A stretch of 64,000 bases of DNA, from the NCBI GenBank assembly GCA_964106645.2, contig OZ067048.1. One strand, written 5' to 3'. The DNA is from Podarcis pityusensis. Lineage: Eukaryota. The position numbers were made by a program, and so were the translations under genes. Position 1 is the stretch's first letter. Each line of letters begins with the position of its first letter. The notes below the pieces were generated by a model that was not told the DNA's origin, did not search any database, and saw only the letters and a program-made list of their open reading frames with translations. Shown one piece after another: positions 23,851 through 36,042 of the stretch.

Positions 23851-23991
23851 GGGATGTGGGTGGTGCTGTGGGTTAAACCACAGAGCCTAGGACTTGCCAA
23901 TCAGAAGGTCGGCAGCTCCCGTTGCCTGGTCCCTGCTCCTGCCAATTTAGCAGTTCGAAAGCACGTCAAAAGTGCAAGTAGATAAATAGGT
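23851..23991 (+). mobile_element. Sauria SINE, internally deleted and 3'-truncated
   Basis: Matches the 5' part of the 1633-1983 copy but lacks the B-box segment. Confidence 0.85.
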
Positions 23992-24651
23992 TTCTTATCA
24001 AGTCTGAAAAGTTATCAAGCTTTACTTACTTACTTACTTACTTACCATACTTACAAGGGTTCTTTGAGTTGTACAACAAAGCCAATAAAAATATTTGGAG
24101 GGTGATGTGTTTCCCCCTTCTATATTTCATATTTTGAACAATTCTTATCCACGGATACCTTTGTCAAGAGTTTTATCTGCAGTGTTTCTCAAATGCACGG
24201 TCCTTTGTGAGGTTGCCTCCAGAGGATTGCTAGTTTACTCATTCAACCAAAGCTGTGGCAGAGATACTGTATCAGGCTAGGTCAATACTGTCTTTTCAGA
24301 TTTGCAAGCTGGTCACTTTGAGTTCATTGCACACATAGCAAACTTGACATCCAGTCTGGGTGTCTCCATAAAGGCTTTCTGAATACTTGCTTTTCCTTTC
24401 TGGCTTTGTATATGTCTAATAGATACAATTAAGATATGAATTCTATTTTAAGTTTGCCTTTGAAATGTCCCAGTGTTGCTTGATCATAGAAAAATACATG
24501 CCTCATATCTTTCTTCTTCACTTTTCTGAGCATTTTGAAGTTGCAGGGCAATGGTAAAGGTTTGTTGTAAGGAGTGCTTGTGCTTTTCTTGGTTTATTTA
24601 AAAATATACAAGCGGAGCAGATGGGAAGCAAGTAGGCACATAAGTGGATAT

Positions 24652-24851
24652 TATTATTATTTATGCGTTCCATTTATACGCCACCATATCCTCAAGGTGT
24701 TGTACTTCCCCTCCTCATTCCTAGAACAGCCATGTGAGGAAGGTTAGGCTGGGAGGCAGTAACTGGCTCAAGGTCACCCAGCAAGCTTCATGGCACCCTG
24801 GTCTCCCAAGTCCTAGACCAGTACACTAACCACTATACAACACTGCCTCTC
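24652..24851 (-). mobile_element. MIR/CORE-like tRNA SINE, decayed
   Basis: Minus strand GAGAGGCAGTGTTGTATAGTGGTTAGTGTACTGGTCTAGGAC…TGGGTGACCTTGAGCCAGT is a MIR-like head and core. Confidence 0.6.
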
Positions 24852-25518
24852 GAAAGCGCATAGGAATAAATATGGTAGAGATAGGAAATCAAACTATTGG
24901 TCAGCAAACTAAAAAAATAACAATAAAAATCTTCTAAACTGAAATAGACTGCTCTCCCATTTCCTCCTCCAGTATGTCAAAGCTGCTTTATGCAGCTATC
25001 ATTCTCCTGTTATGCAAACTGGCTACTAGCTACTTTTTGCAGGCCAAGATGAAGGTAGATAAGAGAGATCAGCTGGCATACATGATAAGGGAGGGCCAAA
25101 ATTGCTGCTGTTGACACTGGGGAGGGGAGGGTTAAGATTGCATGTTGAAACCCTTGTGGGGAATGATCCAGGGAGCACAGCCAATGTCTGAACTCTTTCT
25201 GGTCCCTAAATAGTTTAGCAGCAAACCTATCTCCAAATATAACCCTTATCTATCGCTGCCGAACAGCCACATCCAAAGCACTAAAGGATCCATCTTTATG
25301 TCATGTGACCTCAGGGTGGAGTCATAAAAATAGGTGACCAAGAGACCTGATTATTTAATTTCTATACTGCTTAATATATTGAAAATATCTAAGTGGTATA
25401 CGGAAAACTGAAGCAACAGCAGACAACTTAAAAATATTACAGAAATACACAATTACATATAAATATGTTACATTAATTTGTTGTTGTTTAGTCGTTACAT
25501 TAATATGTTACATTAATT

Positions 25519-25997
25519 CTTTGTTGTTTAGTCGTTTAGTCGTGTCCTACTCTTCGTGACCCCATGGACCAGAACACGCCAGGCACTCCTGTCTTCCACT
25601 GCCTCCCGCAGTTTGGTCAAACTCATGTTGGTAGCTTCAAGAACACTGTCCAACCATCTCATCCTCTTTCGTCCCCTTCTCCTTGGGGACCAAGGAGGAT
25701 CTTTCCCAACATCAGGGTCTTTTATAGGGAGTCTTCTCTTCTCATGAGGTGGCCAAAGTATTGGAGCCTCAGATTCAGGATCTGTCCTTCCAGTGAGCAC
25801 TCAGGGCTGATTTCCTTAAGAATAGATCGGTTTGATCTTCTTGCAGTCCATGGGACTCTCAAGAGTCTCCTCCAGCACCATAATTCAAAAGCATCAATTC
25901 TTCGGCGATCAGCCTTCTTTATGGTCCAGCTCTCACTTCCATACATCACTACTAGGAAAACCATAGCTGTAACTATATGGACCTTTGTCGGCAAGGT
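25519..25997 (-). mobile_element. BovB (RTE) LINE 3' fragment
   Basis: Encodes YGSESWTIKKADRRRIDAFELWCWRRLLRVPWTARRSN…LQYFGHLMRR…WRVLVHGVTKSRTRLND, with a (CAA)n-type tail. Confidence 0.95.
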
Positions 25998-28900
25998 TAC
26001 TAATATCCATCTGTTTGTCTGTCTGTCTGTCTATCTATCTCAATATCAGTTTATTTTCCTTCTGGCACAGCCACCCTTTCACCCTCCAGGTTCTCACCTG
26101 GGTCCAAAAAAATTCTCAGCTCACCCACTAAGTCTCCCAATAAGAGTTCCTGGAAACAGCGCTTGTCGCTTTAGTCTCTCTAGACTTGCTTTTTATGGGC
26201 AGGTCCAAGGTGGATAGTATCTTCCGCAGGCTGCCCACAGCTCTGTGCCAATCACCTGCACTCTCCAAACCCAGTTCCAAGTACAGCTGGTTTGGTGAGT
26301 TTCCCAGGGAGTCCGGAGGATGGGAAACTATTGTTTATGTCATATACTTCTGTAGGCCAGGTGATCTCATGAATACATCACAATTCAGAGTGTTTGTCTG
26401 GTCCCACAGATCCATAGAAACTGAACCACAGAAGCCATACATTTACCAATGCCTCCTTTCAACCTTTAAGATCAGTGGTGAGTGTCCCATGTGCTGAGTA
26501 CATATGTCAAGGGTAAGCATTTGGGAGATAGGTCTATGTGAACCTTTATCAAATGGAATTTTGCCCAAGCACAGTTTTAGTTTAGAAAAGCCAGGAAATT
26601 GATCTAATCCGGGCTGTATTTTGATGTATGATACTAATGGTATGTATGTATGATGGCTAAAACTTTTGGGTATTTTAAAGTAAAGTATTGGTAAATGCTC
26701 TGAGCCTTTGGTGAGATAGATGGGGAGAGGTTAAAATTTAAATAAATGGGTAATGAGTGGAGCTTGGTGGTCTTTAATAGAAGCACAGTGTCTTGCATGC
26801 CATCTAGATCTATGCTAATTTGCCATGCTGCAGCTCTAATGGAAGAAATAGAAATGGCACATCTATTGACTGGTACCATCTGTTCCCTGCCAATTCTACT
26901 TTCCTACAGATAGCAAGCTGTGCATTTGGCAGCAGCGAATCTCAAACAGTTAACATGTGCCCCAGGGAGGGCAACTGCTTACCCTAAACCCATCAAAAAG
27001 CGCAGCTACGTTCTGCAAGATTCATGTTATACTCATCACATCTGTTTCATTTTTTATTTTTTTTGGTATTCATGACTGATGGAACAGTTGAGATGCAAAG
27101 TCACAGTTTTTAATATAAAACAAAAGCAAGCACGAAACACAGACAGAATATACATCTCAGTGAATAATTTCATAATGAGACTTCTAGCCTGGGAAACATG
27201 AAATGTACTCTGTTATTTTTAGATAGAAAAGACAAAATAGAATCCAATCATATGTCAAGCCACAATAACATCAGTGTTCCTAGTTAAGGCACTGCAACAG
27301 GAACTGCCTGATGTATTGAAAAAGAGCAAGATCCACCAAATTGCAGAGCACTTTCAATTTTAGGTTCAGTTGCAGGACCTCTAGTAGGATTCAGTTTAGC
27401 AGCTCATGCTGTAGAACAGTAGTACTGGATAACTAATGTGTTCAGTTTCCCCCAGTTAATCTATTTAGACCCCAACATCCTTTAACCCTCCTCTGTGCAA
27501 AAAGGGGCTTGGTGTACCCCTTTCAGCTAGCATGCTAGGAAGTGTTCGGCACGGCAGGAGAATTTGTAGAAGTCAAGCCTTTTGTAAAAGAGCTATCACC
27601 AGAAGGTTACAATCCAAAGTGCTTTAGAATAGTGGAAGAAAAATTTGAATAAATGCAAGTTTCTGCACTTGCCAGACCTGGTGGTTTGGACTCTTACAGG
27701 GTACTGTTTCTCAGACAAAGAATGTGGGCCAGACCAGACCTGCTGGGTCTCTCCAACAGATGTGGAAATCTCCCTCCCTTATTCCTCCCCACGCTGCATC
27801 ATATTGCTTTCTCTGTTCTTGCTTCTCCCTGCTTCTCCCTGCTTCTCCCTTTGAATATCTACTAGTAATGGCATTGGGCAGTTAAGACTGGGGCATCAGC
27901 AGCCCTCACATGGCCTGATGTTTTACAAGAAGGCAATATGTAAATACCTTAATTGTTTACTTATTTATTAGATTTATTAGTCTCTAAGCTACTTACATTG
28001 AAAAAAACATATATGCATAAATACATTATATGATAGAAAAGGAGGGGGAATAATATAATACATTAATATTCCATATTGAGAAGACAAAAATCCATCAGCC
28101 CCTCATAACAGTAATAATAAACATTATCAATACACAAACAATACACAAAGTAATAATCTACCAGCTGGCAGATAAACAGGACAACACCAACACCCCATCC
28201 CTAGCCCCAAACCATTCACATCAACATGGCAATTTCCCCTCCTTAGAAGTTCTCCACTCTGCCCAGAAGTCCAGCATCAAGGCTAGCAGCTGTAAATCAA
28301 TGTCTGGTGGGCTCAGGGTCCTCCAGAGATGTTCCAATGTCTCTCCTCCTTTCAGGGAGAGCAGCAGCAAAAGCAGAGCAGGAAGAGGGTCAGCTCTGCA
28401 GTTGTCCTGGCTGATGATCTGCTGCTTCTGCTGCTGTTGGGTGTCCCTGCTTTTGGTGCATGAAGGACAGGTGTGAGTTGGCATTGTACAATGTAATACA
28501 GTGATGCCATTTTAGTGCTTTAAAGTGTGCAGTTGTTTAGCTCTGAAGTCCTTTCCTATAGGCAGTGGACCTCTTAGAGACACCTGGACATCATATCCCT
28601 TGAAAGCTAAAAGGAATTTATGGAAATCTTTTTTATAACTGATTCAGAGTGACAAGGATTTTGTGTACTTCTCCAGTTGCTGACCTCCAGCACTCATGGT
28701 TGTGCCTTGAGCAAGGAGGGATCAATTACCCTGCTACCATCTACTGTCATTTTAAATCTGCAAAGGAATTGTGCAGTGTGCATAGTAAAAGCTCGAAAGA
28801 CTGCTATTCTATTGTTAACATATGCTTTCATTTATTTATTCATTCATTCACTTTTCTTTCCACATAAACATGCATCTGAGATTAAAACAAGGGATTGCCC

Positions 28901-29828
28901 AGTATAAGTATTTCTGGGTTGTTGTTGTTGTTTTTTTGTTCTGCGAGAAACCAATGAAACAGCATTGTACCAGGATTTGAAAACGTATTTGTTAATTACA
29001 GTGATCATATAGTCTTTCAAATGCTAATAGTCTGACTGCAATTTCATTTTGTTTGGTACTGATAGAACTTATGATTAAAGAATGGTATAGCTTTATAGTG
29101 ATTTTACTGCCATCTGTGTGCACCAGGCAATAACTATGTACAGATGGTTGTGATTCAGAGACAGGTTGCCACATGCAAAAAAAGTATGTTTCAGTTATTT
29201 CAGTAAGATTTATTGCAGCAGTCACAGTTAAATGCTTGAACCTTAATGATAATTGCTACTAATCCTTCAAGAAAAATGATTAGAGTTTAATAAACCGCAA
29301 GGAGCAGCTTTTGTCATAAACTTCAGAAACATATCACAAAGGTATATTTTATTTTTCCCCTCCCTTGTCTAATCATTTATTTCAGCATACGTGTGCTGCA
29401 GAGCTTTGTAATGTAAAAGTTGGGAATATTGTGCAAAATGCGGCACACTGTCTTTCTAAGTTATCTTTCAAAGAAAGACTAAAATAGCAAATTACATTAT
29501 TTTAAGTCGAGTTGTTTTGAAATTTCTACATAAAATAGGGTACAAAACCCTGAGGTAAAATGTGGACTACACTGAAGAAGGCTCAATATCTGCTGTATTT
29601 TCATGGTGGGATACACACACCTCAAAGCCCACCTGTGATAATCAGATACGTAGTCCTACAACTGTTAAAACTAAAGGAGAGACCAAGTAGAGTTCTATTT
29701 TATGGTCTCTGAGACAACTACAATAATGTTGTTTTTCTAGTCGTAATATCCTGTATATTCTTCTCCCTTGCCCTGTTTTTCAGGTTGTGTATTTTATTTT
29801 TTTGGAATGAATAATTACTTTTTAATAT

Positions 29829-30039
29829 TCAGGTAGGTAGCCATGTTGGTCTGATGCAGTTGAAATATATATAAAAATAATAAAATTGTCCAGTAGCACC
29901 TTAGAGACCAACTAAGTTTGTTCTTGGTATAAGCTTTCATGTGCATGCACACTTCTTCAGATACTTCTTCTGAAGAAGTGTGCATGTAGACGAAATCTTA
30001 TACCAAGAACAAACTTAGTTGGTCTCTAAGGTGCTACTG

Positions 30040-30041
<2 letters not shown>
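29829..30041. mobile_element. Penelope-like element terminal fragment forming a ~72-bp-arm inverted repeat
   Basis: Arm TCCAGTAGCACCTTAGAGACCAACTAAGTTTGTTCTTGGTATAAGCTTTC…CTTCTTCAGA (29889-29961) and its reverse complement (29969-30041). This is the typical Penelope inverted pseudo-LTR arrangement. Confidence 0.8.
29927..29964 (-). ncRNA. Minimal type-I hammerhead ribozyme motif (Penelope-type)
   Basis: Minus strand: GTAT-CTGAAGA-A-GTGTG CATG CACAT-GAAA-GC-T-T-ATAC = stem I, CUGANGA core, stem II, GAAA, palindromic stub of stem III, stem I'. Confidence 0.6.

Positions 30042-30070
<29 letters not shown>
30042..30070. repeat. (AT)n microsatellite
   Basis: Direct reading of the sequence. Confidence 0.9.
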
Positions 30071-30137
30071 CTTTTTAATATATACAACATACTTGAGATA
30101 GGGCAACTATTGCTATTATTTCTTTATTCTCCTTATT

Positions 30138-30271
30138 GGTGAGGAACCTGTGGTCCTTCAGATGTTTCAGAACTATAGCTCCCATCATTCCTGACTATTG
30201 AGCATGCTGGCTAGGGATGATGGGAGTTGAAGTCCAACATCATCTGGAGGTCCAAAAGTTCCCCACACCTG
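30138..30271. mobile_element. Palindromic MER3-like hAT-Charlie MITE
   Basis: GGAACCTGTGGTCCTTCAGATGTT…CTCCCATCAT / ATGATGGGAG…CATCTGGAGGTCCAAAAGTTCC form an imperfect inverted repeat. Confidence 0.65.
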
Positions 30272-30539
30272 CTCTAAAGGCTCTTTCACAAAAATTTTTG
30301 CAGGAGAATGTGTCATATATTCAGCTCTTGGGGTAAGATTTACATTTCTTGGGCCATGAGTAACTAGGAATATTGGCAAGAGTATGACTATGTGTAGGGA
30401 ACTAGTTTATATTGTGCACACGGTTGCACGTCTAGTACCATCTCAAAACCAGAGAAGATGGCTTCTTCACCAAACTGGAAGTTCAAGAGAGGCTTTTCTC
30501 TCTATAAATTATAGGATGGTGGAAAACCTACATCCTACC

Positions 30540-30806
30540 TTTGGTTTTCCCAGTAGTGATGTATGGAAGTGAGAGCTGGACCATAAAGAAGGCTGATCAC
30601 CGGAGAATTGATGCTTTTGAATTATGGTGCTGGAGGAGACTCTTGAGAGCCCCATGGACTGCAAGAAGATCAAACCTATCCATTCTTAAGGAATCAGCCC
30701 TGAGTGCTCACTGGAAGGACAGATCCTGAAGCTGAGGCTCCAATACTTTGGCCACCTCATGAGAAGAGAAGACTCCCTGGAAAGACCCTGATGTTGGGAA
30801 AGATGG
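30540..30806 (+). mobile_element. BovB (RTE) 3' fragment, left part, split by insertion
   Basis: Encodes VFPVVMYGSESWTIKKADHRRIDAFELWCWRRLLR and resumes at 33506. Outer TSD-like CCTTTGGTT at 30538-30546 and 33691-33699. Confidence 0.95.
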
Positions 30807-33505
30807 GACTTCTGGGTTGGCGCCTCTGGCAATGGCGGATTTCCTCCGATCGGGAGGAATCCGCTCCGTGGAAAAAAGGGTCTGAACCGCCATGGCGAGG
30901 CGGAGACCCATCAAAAACCACAGGCGGGAGAAGCGTGTGGACGTGGGATTCGGCTGGCACCTTTGCGCCCCCCCTACTCGCGGGGAACCCCGGTTTCGGG
31001 GATCCGGAGCGACGTGGGGTGAGTGGCGCGGTGCCTTGAATCGACTGCTTCTTTCACGGAGTGAAGCCGCATTGCTGTTGCCGGAGAGCGCTGACTTTTT
31101 CCTGTGGACAATTGGATCTTAAATAACTGTCCGTGAGTAGAACGGAAAATTGGATTAAGAAATTTCTTTTAATTTGACACTGAAGTGGGAAGGTGTAAAC
31201 AGGAAGACCGCCTTCCGCTTTTTGTAGATAGATTAAAGCAAAGACACGGCAAGCTAGAGTTTAGAAAGTCGTCCGTAAAGGATCAATTTTCATCATTTAA
31301 AATTACTGAACCCCCCTTGGAAGCAGGAGAAGAGGGGGGAACTTTTTCTGGACTGTTTAAACCTGCAGAAGAGAGTATAAAGAAAAGCAATTTTCCACCG
31401 TCTTGAACCTGGGAGCGGGGTGTCAGGACAGACATCTTTGGGAAGTTCATTGACTATAGACAAACATTTTTGACAGATAGTTAAAAGAAGAGAGACATAG
31501 TGATTCCATTGTTCCCCTTCGCATCTAAAAGGAACAAAATATTGACAAAATATCTGAAAAAGGAAACTTTGTTGTTAGATCTGCTTTAAAAAAAAAAAAA
31601 AGAGATGGATACAAATAGAAGCTTTTTCCCCTAGAGGGAGCATGAGAAACTGTTATTAAATCTGAACTGGGGAGCTTTGCAGCTGCAATAGATTAAGATC
31701 GTGGGATCAGACTCTGACCTTGCACAAGAATGTACTCGGAGGCTCTGGTGCTTGCCTTCTGCAAGACAAGTGCTTTATTGGAACAGTTACATGAAAAGAC
31801 GGATTTGATGACTGTTGCGATTGGAAATTTTGGACAAGCAGTGGGTATCTATATAGAACCCACTCAGGAATTAATCCAGGAGTGTGCTCTGACCAGATGA
31901 GGGAGGAGGTTGTTGCTGGACCTCGGGAGGCAGAGATGGAGGGAACTGTGGCCCAGCAGGAACATGAGTTGTTGGATCTGACGAATGAACCTGGAAAAAG
32001 CCAGATTTGGAGAGATAGAGTCTTGTTTGGCTTGGAGATGGGGGGCTGGATAGACCCCCCTATGCAGGGATGTTTTGACTTTTCAAGTCTGGCTTTGGGC
32101 CGGGAGGAGTTCGGAGTTGTGGGGGCCCTTAACTTTGGAGGGTCCACAGATTTTCCAAGGGTTTGGTGTCTCCGCTATGCGTGTGTGACGGGAAAACTGT
32201 TGATTCTCTCCCACATATAATGTTCAACTGTCCCCTACATAGCATAGCCAGGACTAAATTCCTGGGTCCTGCTTTACTGCGCTTGGTTGGCAGGCCTGCT
32301 GAGTCACATGCCGCACTACTTTTGCAGGATACAGATCCTTCTGTAACTCTGCAGGTGGCGAGATTCCTGAATGCGGTTATCTCACACACAAAAACCACCA
32401 AAAACAACAACATCAAAAACTAATCGGACAGTTTTGAAGAGAGTGCATGTCGGATCTCGTCTTCAGTTTTCCTTTTTCTGGGATCCGTCCCTTGGAGCTC
32501 TCCGGGCCCCAAGCTGTTATCTGGCTCTGCTCAATGACCCACCCCTGCATCATGGTGTTCACCTTCTGGTGCCGAATATATCGGTCCTTATGCCTCTGTG
32601 CTTTTATGTTTGTACATACTTTATGGGCTAATAGCCGTAAATAAATAAATAAACAAATAAATAAATAAATAAATAACTTTGGAAGGACCTTGAAACATGC
32701 TTTTAAATACCACATGGAGTTCATTGTTGACTATGGAAAAGGGGCTGATCTGTTGAGAAGGGACAAAAATATCGTCAAGCTGGAGTCTCCACGAATGAAA
32801 GGAGCAGAAGACAAAGTAAAATACAGGTATAAACATGAAGAAGACCTGCGGAAGGGACATGGAAGAGATTTAAGGGCCTCGGACATAAGGTCACCGGGTT
32901 GATGAGCTAGATGGATGGGATAGAAAGGACTGACAAAACCCGAGACCAGGAGGAAGAGACGTTGGATGAAGATTGGAAGAAAGTTTTTAAAAAATTTATT
33001 TAGGAAAGTTTTGTAAAATTAATGAGTATTAGAAAAATGTTGGAACGAAACTATTTGTCTTTAGCAGAAATGTTAAAAAGAATTATGTAAGAATATGTTA
33101 TGGTTATGAGAAATTGGTATAAATAAGATTTAAGTTTTAAGTTTTAGGGTTTTTTATGGTAAGATAAGGTTAAAATAGATTAAGGTAATTTAATGACAGA
33201 ATATTATGAAAGATGAAAAGGATTTGCTGAGATAATTAACAACTAGAATACAAAAAAGGGAGGTGTGAGGAGGTCGATGAAATAAGGCAATGACAGTTAA
33301 GGATTTGAGAATACTGGATCTGTTTTTAAATTTTTTTGTTTATTTCTGCTTTTTGATTTTGATGTATGATGTGTTTTGCTTTTGCTTTTTGATTTTGCTT
33401 TTTATCGATTTGTATTGTTTAATTGTTATCTGTTTTTTTCTTCTTTTCTTCTTTGTTTTTTTTGTAATCTTAAAATTCTCAATAAATATCATTTAAAAAA
33501 AAAAA
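30807..33505 (+). mobile_element. Full-length non-autonomous L1-derived retroposon, copy B (~2.7 kb including nested insert)
   Basis: 14-bp TSD GTTGGGAAAGATGG (30793-30806, 33506-33519). 5' end GACTTCTGGGTTGGCGCC. 3' end AATAAATATCATTT+poly(A). Only short ORF1-like and ORF2-C-terminal-like remnants (…RDQEEETLDEDWKK…). Confidence 0.85.
32146..32673 (+). mobile_element. RTE-X-like LINE 3' fragment nested in copy B
   Basis: Encodes RFSKGLVSPLCVCDGKTVDSLPHIMFNCPLHSIARTKFL…LLLQDTDPSVTLQVARFL (CxC..H..CP zinc knuckle). 3' GGCTAATAGCC hairpin, then (TAAA)n tail. Flanks TAACTTTGGAGGGTCC / TAACTTTGGAAGGACC are a putative TSD. Confidence 0.7.
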
Positions 33506-33691
33506 GTTGGGAAAGATGGAGGGCACAAGGAGAAGGGGACGACAGAGGACAAGATGGTTGTGTAGTGTTCTCGAAGCTATGAACATGAGTTTGACCAAAC
33601 TGCGGGAGGCAGTGGAAGACAGGAGTGCCTGGCGTGCTCTGGTCCATGGGGTCACGAAGAGTCGGACACGACTAAACAACTAAACAACAAC
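33506..33691 (+). mobile_element. BovB (RTE) 3' fragment, right part
   Basis: Continues the 30540-30806 copy through GTCACGAAGAGTCGGACACGACTAAAC and a (CAA) tail. Confidence 0.95.
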
Positions 33692-35672
33692 CTTTGGTTA
33701 TGTAGACCTGCTTACCCCCATTGTGATGCCTGCTCATAGGTTCAGTGGTGGAGAGGACCAGCTTGATTGTACAAGAAAGCTAAGAAGTTGGTTTGATTTT
33801 CAGTCACGGAAGCTTGCAATCTAAAAGTTGCTTCCCAGCACCCTCTTCATATCTCCCAGTGACTTTCAGTTCATGCACTGCTGTATGTTAGAGTAACCAA
33901 ATGCCCAGGTTTGTTCATCGACTATCTTCACATTCTCTGATGAAGTCTTTTTTGCTTTCTTTTTCCTGTTGTTTTGCCTCATTCAAAAGATGGGGCTTGG
34001 GGGAAAAAATTCTTTTCTACTTAGGGCTTGACAACTTTACAGTTTGACTTGATAAGCTTCACTTACCGCTGTTTTATTGTTTATTTAATCAACTTATAGC
34101 ATGCACTTATTCCAAAAAATCCTGGATGGCAATGATAGGAATTTCCCACCTCTAATGGTGAAAATAGTATGGAAGTTGTAAAACATACATATTTAAAAGT
34201 AAGATATGTATGTACAATTGTGCGAAGCTTATTATAAGTGATTATATTTAACTGGGAATTGAATGCAGAGGAGAATAGCTCAGACTGTCCTAGGAGTATG
34301 AATTTCTGGAAGGAAAGAAAGGAAAGCATGTTAAAATGTGCTTGCAGTCTTGGCCATCAGAAACTGGGCTATACTACACATAAGTGTGAGTGGAGATAAC
34401 GTCTTGCATGTGGTTTCTCTAAAATAGCCAACAGATGAACTATCAGAACAGTTTATTTGCTATTTGAGCTTGTACATGATGTGCTTCAGCTCAACCATTT
34501 TCTATGCAGTATTTAACAGGAAGCCTTCTGGTATAATCTTCTATGGCTTTTCAACTCTGCAACTTCCTTCCCCAAGTGTCTTGAGTTCTCTGTCACATTA
34601 TTAAGTGGCATTTTATGCAGAGGAAACATCAAGACAACTTATTACTTGGCTGTAGTGAATTAATATATTCATGTTTATTAATTTAGAATCTTGTTTGCTA
34701 TAAGCAGCATTATCACTTAGCTACAGTGATTTTCCACCTCATTTGGTATCATACTAAATTTAGCTGCATTAGTATCCCTGGTAGCTTGTCAACAAATCCT
34801 TTGAAATGTTATGTTATCTTTTGGAAGTGTAGCAAAAGTCGAAATGAGATAGATGTCAAAGGTTTTGCTTGTCTTGTGGTCATCTTGCTTTTCGTAGGCC
34901 AATCCCAAAGTCCTCTGTATTCGCACACTGTAACTGACAAAGCCCCCGAAGTCCCTCAGCGCTGCTGTTTGCAGTCTTGCTTATATGGTATGAAATTGAT
35001 TATTACTCCTATCCCTCTGGCTCCAACTTTGAAACTGCATGAATAGCATTGGATTTCATGTTCATTTTCCTATTTCAGAGAGGGCCTCTCAGACGCCAGA
35101 TGCTTCCCGATAACAACCAAATCAGTGATACATCCCTTAAGCTATAGTTGTGTAACTAGCCCTTTCAGGACTTATTTCATCTAACACCCATGCAATGTAT
35201 AGCTTTTGGAGGGGGATAAATAAACCCAAAGTCTCCAGTTTACAGCGGTGCTTTGTAGCTGTTGAAATATATGCATTGTCCATTAGAAGAAAGAAGAACC
35301 AGCACGGACTCACGTTGCTGTGTTTTTCCTTTCCTGAGACTATGGGCTGTATCAAATGCCCATGCACAGCAGAACTTCCTCTTCCTCTCCTGTCCCCACC
35401 AGCCCCCTGTGCACCTCCAAACTCAGCTCTGCAGTGTTGGGGGAGTCCTCTGTGGCGGATCTTGTGAGTGCATGGAGGGAACAGAGGTAGCAGAAGTCCC
35501 GCTTTGCTGGTGGAACCCTGCTGGTGCAGCACTGAATACAATCCCATAGGTTATCAGGTTTCCCCCTGCTGAATTTTTAAATTCAGAATAAAACAATTGA
35601 GCCTGCCTAGGGCTGCAGTCCTTACACATTGGGGCAAGTCTTTGAGAGGAGTTACTTATGAGTAAGCATGCA

Positions 35673-36042
35673 TATGGTGTTGGAGGAGACTCTTGAGAGT
35701 CCCATGGACTGCAAGAAGACCAAACCTATCCATTCTTAAGAAAATCAGCCCTGAGTGCTCACTGGAAGGACAGATCCTGAAGCTGAGGCTCCAATACTTT
35801 GGCCACCTCATGAGAAGAGAAGACTGCCTGGAAAAGACCCTGATGTTGGGAAAGATGGAGGGCACAAGGAGAAGGGGATGACAGAGGATGAGATGGTTGG
35901 ACAGTGTTCTTGAAGCTACCAGCATGAGTTTGACCAAACTGCGGGAGGCAGTGGAAGACAGGAGTGCCTGGCGTGCTCTGGTCCATGGAGTCACGAAGTG
36001 TCAGACACGACTAAATGACTAAACAACAACAACAAGAACAAC
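35673..36042 (+). mobile_element. BovB (RTE) 3' fragment
   Basis: Encodes RVPWTARRPNLSILKKISPECSLEGQILKLRLQYFGHLMRREDCLEKTLMLGKMEG. (CAA)n tail. Near-TSD AAGCATGCATA / AAGCATGGATA. Confidence 0.95.

Noticed and set aside
25564-26217. Longest ORF in the track (217 aa, plus strand)
   Set aside because: It is the antisense reading of the BovB fragment running into flanking simple repeat, not a gene.
33770-33830. CTAAGAAG…CACGGAAGCTT, a possible second hammerhead/Penelope remnant
   Set aside because: Core nucleotides (CUGA, GAAA) and stem II are not intact.
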